A DNA stretch of 64,000 nucleotides, taken from NCBI GenBank assembly GCA_017399305.1, contig JAFQDK010000018.1, positions 2,363 to 66,362 of the forward strand. The letters run 5' to 3'. This DNA comes from Clostridia bacterium. Its GTDB lineage: Bacteria; Bacillota; Clostridia; Oscillospirales; CAG-272. Position 1 is the stretch's first letter. The number at the start of each line of letters is the position of its first letter. The notes under the pieces are model-generated. The model did not search any database and was not told where the DNA came from. It saw only the letters and a list, made by a program, of their open reading frames with translations. The translations under genes were made by a program, and so were the position numbers. Positions 54,449-63,007 of the stretch are shown one piece after another.

Positions 54449-56839
54449 TTATTTTATAAGTGTTGCAGTATTGGTTGCGCTATCCCATGCAATATTATCA
54501 TTTGAAACGCCAAGTGCATTTGCTATTGCGCGAACCGGTAAATAAGTACGATTCTGCTCAATAATTGCAGGAGAATCAAGCTTTACGGTTTCTCCGTTTA
54601 CTGTCATTGTGGGGGCATCTATAGTGACAATGATCGTAACTTCACTATTGGTCAATGTAGCTGTACGTGTAGCCGCATCCCACTTGATGCCGTCATTTTC
54701 AACGCCGAATGCATTTGCAAGGAATCTTACAGGAAGCATCGTGCGGTTGTTACGGTTAATGGGTGCCGCATCCAGTGTCTGTGCCTTACCATCGATATAA
54801 GCAATGGTAGAACCTATAGTGAGTTTAACCACAGTCGGGATTCTAACAGAATCGTTGACCTCGGTAAAGAACTTGAGTGCTTCTGCTGTGGGAGTTACAC
54901 CTGAGTAGTTGAGAACATATTTGGTATCCTTATAACCGTTTACAGCATCATACTGTTCTTTAAGAAGCTCGCCATTATAAATACAGTTGTCACAGGCAAA
55001 GCTCTCAATTTCTCCGCCAATCCAGTTTACAGTAGCAGATACAAGCAGATTACGCATGTCAAGCTGCTTTACAAATCCACTCTTCATGTTGATCACCGCG
55101 CAGTTAGAATTGTTTGCCTGGTCGCCGCCAACCTGAATAAAGTCGTTTATCTTTGTGCCGTCAATATTGATAACCACATTGTCGCCCGTGCTTGCCTGAA
55201 TTGGGCCACCGTACAAACGGTCAATTGAGCCGCCGTAGAGGTTGAGAGTCTGTGTGCCGCTAAATACATGATTGTATTTACTCATCTCAATACCTCTTGT
55301 ATAGCCGATCACCGCATAATAGTTGCCGCTTTCAATCGTTATTGTATTATTGATATTGTGCGGAACCACATTATCGGTCTCATAAAGCTGATAACCGCCT
55401 ACAACATAGAGATCGGCAACATCTGTGGTGGGTGTTACAAGACCTGTACCGAAAGTTATGTCATTGAATCTACCAACAAAGAGGAGTGTGCCTTCAAAAC
55501 CGATCTTTGTATTCTCAATGGTGGTATCGCCACTGTAATAGAAACGTCTGCCCTTGTCAAACTTGATTCCGCCGTCAAAATATTTCTCGCCATCAAATGA
55601 TGTAATGACAATATGATTATCATGCGCGGGTTCGGTAAAGTTTGATGTAAATTCAATTGTGTTTATAAGAACTATTGTACCGTCGATACCTTCAAGCATT
55701 TCGTAAGCAGTAGCAAGGCTGCTTATAGGGCTATCGGGGGTAAAGCCTGTGCCGTCACCTACATTTGCAACATAGATCTTTGCAGGATGTGTGGTAGACT
55801 TTTCCGGCTTTGTATCAAGAATGGTGTATGTAGCAATATCTGCATCGATAGCACCTGAAATGTCAGAACCGTCCTCATACGATGCCGTATCAAAGAAGTC
55901 CATTATCGCCTGCGCATTAACACCCTTGCGTACTACAAGGTCAGCTTTGCCATCGGTGACAAGCTCCTTGAGCTTATCGGATACCGTACGCGAAACAGCA
56001 TCAACTGTACCGCCAAAAAACTTAACAGTAGTATGTCCCATGACATTGTTGATGTTGAGGACATTTACTGTACCGCCGTTTATTGTTACGGTGGAATCTC
56101 CGTTTATGCGTCTTGTAGAGTCACCAGCAGTATAAAGTGCATTTACAGTACCGCCATTTACTGTAATATTGGATGAACCGGAATACGAGCCGCTGATTGA
56201 AGCACCGTAAACGCTCTTTATCGTACCGCCGTTTATAGTGATATTTGATGTTCCTGTGTAATTGGTTGTGCCACTTCCGCGCGAGAAGCCTACAACAGCA
56301 TGCCATGATCCACTGTCTACAGTGATAGAGGAATCACGGTCAGTAACATGATTGTATTCCTTTTCTGTAGCTGGGAGCTGATATCCGCCAAGAACGTAGA
56401 TAACAAGCTTTGACTCAACGCTCACACCTTTACCGATATGAAGCGGGTGATAACCCGCCACGATCATTGCAGTCTTCGAGGTATTGTTTGGACCCATTTT
56501 AAGTTTTGTATTTTCAATAGTGGTAGGTCCCGCAAGATAGAAGCGGTTGTATGATGCGTGGTCGGTAACAATCGTACCGCCGCTTATCGTAATATTTCCA
56601 TCATGGGCGGGAGCATAAAACGGAGCGGTCAATGTATATGTTTGAGTAATTACTATTTTGCCTCCGCCGCACTCCGCAAGGATTGAAAACGCTTCTTCAA
56701 GTGAGCCGATAGGCGAATCGGCAGTAATACCGGTTCCTCGCCCATCATCGTTAAGATATACGATTTCTTCCGCTGCTGCACTTAACATGAGCAGCGCCAT
56801 AATAGCAACCGTAAAAGAAATTAACAGAAACTTTTTCAT
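54449..56839 (-). CDS. Secreted repeat (beta-helix-like) protein with two C-terminal copper-amine-oxidase-N-like domains
   Basis: Signal peptide; internally duplicated halves; NRTMLPVRFLANAFGV and NRTYLPVRAIANALGV. Confidence 0.5.
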   Translation of the reverse strand: MKKFLLISFTVAIMALLMLSAAAEEIVYLNDDGRGTGITADSPIGSLEEAFSILAECGGGKIVITQTYTLTAPFYAPAHDGNITISGGTIVTDHASYNRFYLAGPTTIENTKLKMGPNNTSKTAMIVAGYHPLHIGKGVSVESKLVIYVLGGYQLPATEKEYNHVTDRDSSITVDSGSWHAVVGFSRGSGTTNYTGTSNITINGGTIKSVYGASISGSYSGSSNITVNGGTVNALYTAGDSTRRINGDSTVTINGGTVNVLNINNVMGHTTVKFFGGTVDAVSRTVSDKLKELVTDGKADLVVRKGVNAQAIMDFFDTASYEDGSDISGAIDADIATYTILDTKPEKSTTHPAKIYVANVGDGTGFTPDSPISSLATAYEMLEGIDGTIVLINTIEFTSNFTEPAHDNHIVITSFDGEKYFDGGIKFDKGRRFYYSGDTTIENTKIGFEGTLLFVGRFNDITFGTGLVTPTTDVADLYVVGGYQLYETDNVVPHNINNTITIESGNYYAVIGYTRGIEMSKYNHVFSGTQTLNLYGGSIDRLYGGPIQASTGDNVVINIDGTKINDFIQVGGDQANNSNCAVINMKSGFVKQLDMRNLLVSATVNWIGGEIESFACDNCIYNGELLKEQYDAVNGYKDTKYVLNYSGVTPTAEALKFFTEVNDSVRIPTVVKLTIGSTIAYIDGKAQTLDAAPINRNNRTMLPVRFLANAFGVENDGIKWDAATRTATLTNSEVTIIVTIDAPTMTVNGETVKLDSPAIIEQNRTYLPVRAIANALGVSNDNIAWDSATNTATLIK

Positions 56840-56858
56840 AAATTATCTCCAAAAATTT

Positions 56859-58724
56859 TTAGTCAAGCACTACTTGGGGCCATGTAGTTGTAACGAAAGC
56901 AGGAATCTTGTCGAGTGTATCGCTTACCGAACCTGCACCGTCCTGATTTACAAGCGCAGGATTTGCTTTAAACGATGCCGCATTTGTAAGGTTTACAAGC
57001 GATTTGGGAATGGAAATCTCAATAACCGCTCCCTCATCTTTGTCATCGTTATTGTCAACGGTGCCGTACACTTTTGCTACGGCGTTTCCACCGCTTACTT
57101 TTGTTACAGTGCCATTGTCGATGTACAAAACAGACATTGTGCCATCAAGCTTTACAGTTACACGGTAGTACTGTTTTTCGCTTGTACCTATATTAACTAT
57201 AACCTCATCGCCGCTTCTTAGGTAGTCATCGAGTCGGTTGATAAGAAAGTAAACATTATTTTCATCATGTGCAACCTGCTGTGTGATCTGTGCCTGCGTT
57301 TTACTGCCCACAAACAATGCATCGGTATTGTCTTTCCAGTCAGAAGCTATACCGTCAATTACGGGTGTCATCTTCTTTGCGTTTGTGCGGTGATTGAGAT
57401 AGGAATGGCCGAGCTGAATGCCCCATTTATCTCCATATTTAACCTGGAATGCAGATATTACCTCATGAGAGCCAACAAGAAGGCTTGAGCCCCACATGCC
57501 GCCTGTACCGGGAAGAGCTCTGATTTCTTTGCCCCAACCTGTGCCGTCGGGCTTGATCATACGGAAATAGAAACCAGTGCCCCTGTGATATGTGAGATAA
57601 ACCTCACCCGTTGGGAATGTAGCAAGATAAGGACCTGCACCGTCACAAATCGAATGCATCATATTGTCTGGGCCTTCTTCCTCAAATCCAAGCGCACGCC
57701 ACTTGCCGCCTTCTTCGCTTATCGCAAGAGAAATATCAAATGAAAGATTTGCCTGCTTTGATTCAACCGCTATAAGCGACTTGCCGTTATAAAGAGTAGT
57801 TATCGCGGGCATCTGTCCTGTCCAGTATTGAATAGGCTCGGTATATACCTTGTCCTTTACGTCGGGAATCTTCTTACCGATAGATTCTTTGAATACACGA
57901 AGTGCAACGAAGTTGTTCTTGTCGCCTTCTTTAACAACGGGTGACCATGTATAACCGCCGTCAGTCGATTCAATCATCATTATATAAGTTGAACGGCGAA
58001 CGGTGTCAAATCCGTAAAGCGAATGATACTCTGCATTGGATGACCAGAATATCTGGAGAGTGCCATCGGGAGTCTGATGAATATAAGGCTCCCAACCCAT
58101 GCCTGTATATATCTTTGTGTGCTCACCCCATACGACCTTGTCGTTTTCGTCAAGCTTTCCGCGTACCATAAAGATACCGTTCATATCCCAATAGGGCGCG
58201 TAGTTTTCATCATATGCGGAGCCGGGACGCACATAGTAAATACAAAGAATGTCGCCGTTATCAAGAATGATTGCGTCAGCATTGCATCCCCACATGCGAT
58301 CCTTTTCACCTGTGAGCGGACCGGCAGTATGTACAAAGTTTTTATCTGCATCGTTTGCATTATATAAAACCTCAGGATTATCCCATGTCACACCGTCATT
58401 TGAAAGTGTCCAGTAGAGATGAGGACCTGTCTGTCCACCCATAAAGAAAAGAATATACAAATCCTCACGAAGCTGCTTTATTCTGGGGTAGAATGCACTG
58501 TCATATCTCGTATATGTAGTTTTAGCGGAGTTTAGATCAACAATTTCTCTGTAGTTAAGCTCCACCGATGATGTAAGAAAATCATCGGAAACATGGCTGG
58601 ATTCCTCGTACTCGGTGTTGAGGTCTTTGATTGTGAGCACATTATTATCTGCACCCATTGCCGCTATCGACAATAATATCAAAAGCGTCAGCACCAAGGT
58701 CGCAAAGCAAACAAATCTCTTCAT
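56859..58724 (-). CDS. Secreted BNR/Asp-box (sialidase-fold-like) protein
   Basis: Signal peptide; Asp-boxes SNDGVTWDNP and STDGGYTWSP. Confidence 0.55.
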   Translation of the reverse strand: MKRFVCFATLVLTLLILLSIAAMGADNNVLTIKDLNTEYEESSHVSDDFLTSSVELNYREIVDLNSAKTTYTRYDSAFYPRIKQLREDLYILFFMGGQTGPHLYWTLSNDGVTWDNPEVLYNANDADKNFVHTAGPLTGEKDRMWGCNADAIILDNGDILCIYYVRPGSAYDENYAPYWDMNGIFMVRGKLDENDKVVWGEHTKIYTGMGWEPYIHQTPDGTLQIFWSSNAEYHSLYGFDTVRRSTYIMMIESTDGGYTWSPVVKEGDKNNFVALRVFKESIGKKIPDVKDKVYTEPIQYWTGQMPAITTLYNGKSLIAVESKQANLSFDISLAISEEGGKWRALGFEEEGPDNMMHSICDGAGPYLATFPTGEVYLTYHRGTGFYFRMIKPDGTGWGKEIRALPGTGGMWGSSLLVGSHEVISAFQVKYGDKWGIQLGHSYLNHRTNAKKMTPVIDGIASDWKDNTDALFVGSKTQAQITQQVAHDENNVYFLINRLDDYLRSGDEVIVNIGTSEKQYYRVTVKLDGTMSVLYIDNGTVTKVSGGNAVAKVYGTVDNNDDKDEGAVIEISIPKSLVNLTNAASFKANPALVNQDGAGSVSDTLDKIPAFVTTTWPQVVLD

Positions 58725-58880
58725 AAAAAGTTCTCCTTGAAATACTAATCTTTTCTTCTATTTTACCATATGTTTTTAATAAAACAACAAAAATCTAATA
58801 TATTTTTGATTAAAACGAAAAAACTCGATTCGCTACTTTATTAAAACGAATCATCCCTATTGCTTTCTCGTTAACAAATG

Positions 58881-58930
58881 GTATAATAGCTGTATACCGT
58901 ACATCAATGTGCGGTATACAGCTATTATAC
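58881..58930. promoter_or_regulatory. 19-bp perfect inverted repeat overlapping the merR-family promoter
   Basis: GTATAATAGCTGTATACCG (58881-58899) / CGGTATACAGCTATTATAC (58912-58930), 12-nt spacer; left arm contains TATAAT 58882-58887. Confidence 0.6.
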
Positions 58931-58945
58931 TACGAGGATATGTTT

Positions 58946-59710
58946 ATGTACAATAAAGAACTGTTCTCCATAGGTGAGATCGCAAAGTCTATCGGAATTA
59001 CACGCAGAATAATACTAAACTACGAGGACAAAGGTCTTATATCTCCTGACAAAAAAGAAGGGGAAGCAGGTAACAGATACTACACCATTGACACATACAC
59101 CAGGGTACGTACAATCCGCATTCTTCAGAACCTAGGGCTTTCTCTTGATGAAATCCGTAACTATTATGACGGTGACTCTGATTTACAACCGATGATAAGG
59201 CGACTTGAAACTATGCGTGACGAATTAAACCTCACTATAGAAAAGTTAAAAGAAAGATTACAGAGTCAAGGCGATACTATCAAAAAAATCATAGTTGAGT
59301 CACAAACTGTTTATTGCCGTACATACAATTCCACATCTGTTTCCGACAAAACAAATCTTTTGAGGAATACTGCTCTTGAAGCTATGAGAGAATATGGAAC
59401 AGATACAACAAGACGTATGTATTTTATAGAGTATTCATCAAATGTTCCTGACAATATTTCGTATTGTGTTGCAGTACCGACCGAAAGCAAGGGCGAATAT
59501 ATCAACAACATTCCCGAGTGCAAAGCCATTTCATTCTTTCACCACGGAGCTTATGAAGACATACCGGAGGTACGGAAAAAACTTGTTATGTTCGCTATGG
59601 AAAACAATATAAAGCTATCCGGTAAATTCCGACATATTTATCTTGAGGGTCCCCCACAGCATAAAGACAAAAACAAGTTTATTACACAGATAATTGCGTT
59701 AATAGAATAA
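58946..59710 (+). CDS. MerR-family regulator with GyrI-like effector domain
   Basis: FSIGEIAKSIGITRRIILNYEDKGLI HTH; ATG 58946 follows GAGGA (track start 58907 lies in the IR loop). Confidence 0.8.
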   Translation: MYNKELFSIGEIAKSIGITRRIILNYEDKGLISPDKKEGEAGNRYYTIDTYTRVRTIRILQNLGLSLDEIRNYYDGDSDLQPMIRRLETMRDELNLTIEKLKERLQSQGDTIKKIIVESQTVYCRTYNSTSVSDKTNLLRNTALEAMREYGTDTTRRMYFIEYSSNVPDNISYCVAVPTESKGEYINNIPECKAISFFHHGAYEDIPEVRKKLVMFAMENNIKLSGKFRHIYLEGPPQHKDKNKFITQIIALIE

Positions 59711-59740
59711 AAAATACCGCCCGAAGGCGGTATTTTTTAT
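59709..59740. terminator. Bidirectional terminator
   Basis: ATACCGCC-CGAA-GGCGGTAT flanked by A5 and T6. Confidence 0.7.
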
Positions 59741-59744
59741 TCTA

Positions 59745-60470
59745 TTAACCTTCCACAATCTGCGTCATGTACAAAGCAGTTCCGGGAGCTTCAGTGTTTG
59801 CAATAATAATCACATTTGTGTCGTTAACAACGGTGAAAACGCCATAATATGTATAACCCTCAAATTCCATGTAGAGTACATAATTCTCTTCAATGGTCTC
59901 ACAAGTGCCCTTAAACTCGGTTTCGCCGTTATACATGCTGACAACACCGGGAACATCAAATACAAATGCAAATGTGCCGCCGCACGCAGCCAAAATTGCA
60001 TCAAGATCAGCCTGCTCCATCTCTACGCCATCAATCATGCCGCCTGCAAGCTGCCAAGCAGTATTGGAAACGTCAGGAATCTCGTATGCCTCAACGTCTG
60101 CAAGCGCTTCGGGGAAAGTATCTTCAGCAGCAAGTATAGTTTCAATATCTGCCTTTACACCGGCAATGCCTTCCTCAGCCGTGCCAAACCAACCAATAAT
60201 CGCATCAAGCTGCTCATCATTAAGGGAATCGCCGTTTTCCAGCATATCGCCATACTTCTCAAGCATATCAGACAGTTCATTCATGAGGTCGATAAGCTCT
60301 GCATCCATTTCGTCTTTGTTTTCGTTCATGAGTGTTGCAACTTCATTGAACTGTGTGCTTATGCTGTTAAAGCCTTCTTTAGCCTCAGCAAGCTTGGGGT
60401 TTTCGCCGCCGCAAGCTACCATAGATATCAGAAGCAAAGCAACGAGCATAGTGGAAATCAGTTTCTTCAT
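59745..60470 (-). CDS. Acidic lipoprotein, unknown function
   Basis: MKKLISTMLVALLLISMVACGG lipobox. Confidence 0.5.
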   Translation of the reverse strand: MKKLISTMLVALLLISMVACGGENPKLAEAKEGFNSISTQFNEVATLMNENKDEMDAELIDLMNELSDMLEKYGDMLENGDSLNDEQLDAIIGWFGTAEEGIAGVKADIETILAAEDTFPEALADVEAYEIPDVSNTAWQLAGGMIDGVEMEQADLDAILAACGGTFAFVFDVPGVVSMYNGETEFKGTCETIEENYVLYMEFEGYTYYGVFTVVNDTNVIIIANTEAPGTALYMTQIVEG

Positions 60471-60751
60471 TTTTGTTTTTCCTTTCTTTTCTGCAAATAA
60501 ACTATTTAAAACGAGCTCCTGTCAGAAGCTGTACGTTTTACTATGTTGCCTTCAGTATTCCACAACAATCATACACCGTACACCGATGTACGATGCAATA
60601 CTATTTGAGAATTTAAAACAATAAAAAAATATTATTTCCTCATTTAAACAATAATCCTACTGAAAAAAGAGGCCCCCACAAAGAGAGCGTGTTTTATTGG
60701 GTTAGCCCTAAAAGTTTTCAAAAATAAGCATACAACTGCCAAATACACAAA

Positions 60752-60779
60752 AAATGCTCTGCCATAAAAAGCAGAGCAT
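60752..60779. terminator. Orphan bidirectional terminator (candidate ancestral guaA terminator)
   Basis: AATGCTCTGC-CATAAAAA-GCAGAGCATT flanked by A6 and T6; 34 nt from the duplicated guaA 3' end. Confidence 0.55.
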
Positions 60780-60812
60780 TTTTTGTTTAATATTAAGTTT
60801 CAGAAATTGGAT

Positions 60813-60826
60813 ATTATTCCCACTCG
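60813..60826. repeat. Direct repeat copy 1 (duplicate of guaA stop codon and last codons)
   Basis: ATTATTCCCACTCG, identical to 62014-62027. Confidence 0.45.
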
Positions 60827-61032
60827 TTGCAGGGACTTACATCTTAAACAATTTTGTTTATAAGATATTGCACCTGCTGTTCTGATTATTTTGATTACCC
60901 ATATTATTATAGCTGTACGATGAATGCCTATTAAAATCTTATCAGCGGTGATAAATCACAATGAGGAGGTCGTGGTAAGTTGTTCTGGGTCGGCATTATT
61001 TTGACACTTACGTTATAGTGTATAAAAAATCC

Positions 61033-61806
61033 TTAATCCATACAAACAGAACAAAACTTCTTGCCCATCTCACTAAGAGAATAAATGCTTTTTTGCTCTG
61101 AAAAGTTTTCTTTATTTGATGGAATAAGTTGGCTGAAGCTTGGGTGCTTACGCAGAACTTCATAATATGCATCATTAACTAAGTACCTATCATAAAATAG
61201 TTCAATCAGACCAAGCCTATGTAAATTATCTAAGTATTCCGGAAATTTATGCGGATAGTCACAATTTGTTACGTAGCATATATCGCTGAAATAGGGGGTT
61301 AGATCTGTTTCACCACCCGTATCCAACTTCATACGAACTTTCAACATTGGCATTTTAGGATCATGGTGGAGATGTACCAACATTTTGCATTCATCTGCAC
61401 ACAGTTGTTTTATAATTTCCACGAATGCTGGATGCTCGTCGCAGACCGCAGTATTCATCGAAGCTCCAAGCAAATTAGTAAACATCTCCCTTAATTCTGC
61501 CTTATGAGAGGTATAACGCATAGCTTCTATTAAAGGAACAGCTATTGCGGGGTCGGGAGTGCTGATATTTTCTTTCTGGATTTTTCGTTTGGCAAAGTAT
61601 TCAGGTATTGCAACGTCCAAATAACCAGCAATCTTATCATAGCCCCAAATCAAAGCAGTTACTGGTGCCAAAGCAACTCTCGTTGCACCTTGAAGTGTTT
61701 GCCCAACTGTACTCAATGCTGGATGTGCTAAATCAGTGTATATTTCTTTAACAGGGAGTTGTTTGGCAATTTCACTTCCAAAGGTTTGCTTAGTTTTATC
61801 TGACAT
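61033..61806 (-). CDS. Abi-alpha/DUF4393-like protein (putative abortive-infection protein)
   Basis: 257 aa; central ..PDPAIAVPLIEAMRYTSHKAELREMFTNLLGASMN.. resembles Abi-alpha family core; isolated in AT-rich islet. Confidence 0.5.
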   Translation of the reverse strand: MSDKTKQTFGSEIAKQLPVKEIYTDLAHPALSTVGQTLQGATRVALAPVTALIWGYDKIAGYLDVAIPEYFAKRKIQKENISTPDPAIAVPLIEAMRYTSHKAELREMFTNLLGASMNTAVCDEHPAFVEIIKQLCADECKMLVHLHHDPKMPMLKVRMKLDTGGETDLTPYFSDICYVTNCDYPHKFPEYLDNLHRLGLIELFYDRYLVNDAYYEVLRKHPSFSQLIPSNKENFSEQKSIYSLSEMGKKFCSVCMD

Positions 61807-61965
61807 TTTTATACCTCCTTTAATGTATAGTCTTTTTCTTCGGATAATTTCTTCTTGGCATGCGATACCAAACGGGTTTCTGTATTCTTGCTTAGAATAC
61901 GTAAAACGAAAAAGCTTATCGAATTCTTATCATCGCTGATAAGAATACTATATGCCAAAACGAAT

Positions 61966-61999
61966 AAGTGGTCTGAAATCAAGCTATTTCAGACCACTT
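61966..61999 (-). terminator. Terminator directly after guaA
   Basis: AAGTGGTCTGAAAT-CAAGCT-ATTTCAGACCACTT. Confidence 0.6.
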
Positions 62000-62013
62000 A
62001 GAATCAATGTGAA

Positions 62014-62027
62014 ATTATTCCCACTCG
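62014..62027. repeat. Direct repeat copy 2 (true guaA 3' end)
   Basis: ATTATTCCCACTCG covering guaA stop (62015-62017) and codons for ..EWE. Confidence 0.45.
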
Positions 62028-62995
62028 ATGGTGCCGATTGGTTTGGGAGTGAGGTCGAGGAGAACGCGGTTGATGCCTTCTACCTCGTGGGTGATTCTAT
62101 CTGTAATCTTATGGAGAACCGCATAGGGAATCTCCTCGATAGTTGCGGTCATAGCATCGGTGGTATTTACCGCGCGGATAATTGCGGGCCAACCCTCGTA
62201 ACGCTTACTGTCGCGAACGCCTACGCTCTTGAAATCCGGTACTGCGATAAAATACTGCCATACCTTTTCTGCAAGGCCGCACTTGTCAAACTCCTCGCGG
62301 AGAATAGCGTCAGCCTCACGGAGAGCATGAAGTCTGTCGCGGGTGATTGCGCCAAGGCAACGTACACCAAGACCGGGACCGGGGAACGGCTGACGGTATA
62401 CCATTGCATGAGGGAGACCGAGTGCTTCGCCAACTACACGAACCTCGTCCTTATAGAGAAGCTTAACAGGCTCTACAAGCTCCATTTCCATATCCTCAGG
62501 GAGACCACCAACGTTGTGATGAGCCTTTACGCCGTCACTCTCAAGAATGTCGGGATAAATTGTGCCCTGTGCGAGGAAAGAAATCCCCTCAAGCTTTGCG
62601 GACTCTTCATCAAAAACCTTGATGAACTCGCCGCCGATAATTTTTCTCTTCTTTTCAGGCTCTGCAACATCTTTAAGAAGATCAAGGAATCTGTCTGTTG
62701 CATCAACATAAATAAGGTTAGCGTCAAGTGCCTTACCGAAAACCTCAATAACCTGTTCGCTCTCGCCCTTGCGCATGAGACCATGATTAACGTGAACGCA
62801 AACGAGCTGCTTGCCGATAGCCTTTATAAGGAGAGCTGCAACAACAGAGGAATCAACGCCGCCGCTGAGCGCAAGGAGAACCTTTTTGTCTCCTACCTGC
62901 TCTCTTACTTCTTTTACCTGTTCGTCAATGAAAGCATCTGCGAGCGCCTTAGTTGTAATGCGCTCCATGCTTTCTGGTCTAACATTACCCTGCAT
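62015..62995 (-). CDS. guaA: GMP synthase, ATP-pyrophosphatase/dimerisation part only (no GATase domain)
   Basis: PP-loop LALSGGVDSSV, ..GLPEDM.., ..QPFPGPGLGVR.., C-terminal PIGTIEWE; only 326 aa. Confidence 0.85.
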   Translation of the reverse strand: MQGNVRPESMERITTKALADAFIDEQVKEVREQVGDKKVLLALSGGVDSSVVAALLIKAIGKQLVCVHVNHGLMRKGESEQVIEVFGKALDANLIYVDATDRFLDLLKDVAEPEKKRKIIGGEFIKVFDEESAKLEGISFLAQGTIYPDILESDGVKAHHNVGGLPEDMEMELVEPVKLLYKDEVRVVGEALGLPHAMVYRQPFPGPGLGVRCLGAITRDRLHALREADAILREEFDKCGLAEKVWQYFIAVPDFKSVGVRDSKRYEGWPAIIRAVNTTDAMTATIEEIPYAVLHKITDRITHEVEGINRVLLDLTPKPIGTIEWE

Positions 62996-63007
62996 TATAA
63001 TGCCCCC

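Noticed and set aside
59893-60624. 243-aa plus-strand Ser-rich ORF
   Set aside because: It is antisense to the lipoprotein gene 59745-60470, which has a clear signal peptide and lipobox plus an RBS. The ORF is low complexity.
60960-61020. 12-codon hydrophobic micro-ORF (TTG-FWVGIILTLTL) after a GAGGAGG box, as a possible type I toxin
   Set aside because: It is too short, uses a non-ATG start at suboptimal spacing, and has no recognisable antisense RNA partner. There is not enough evidence.
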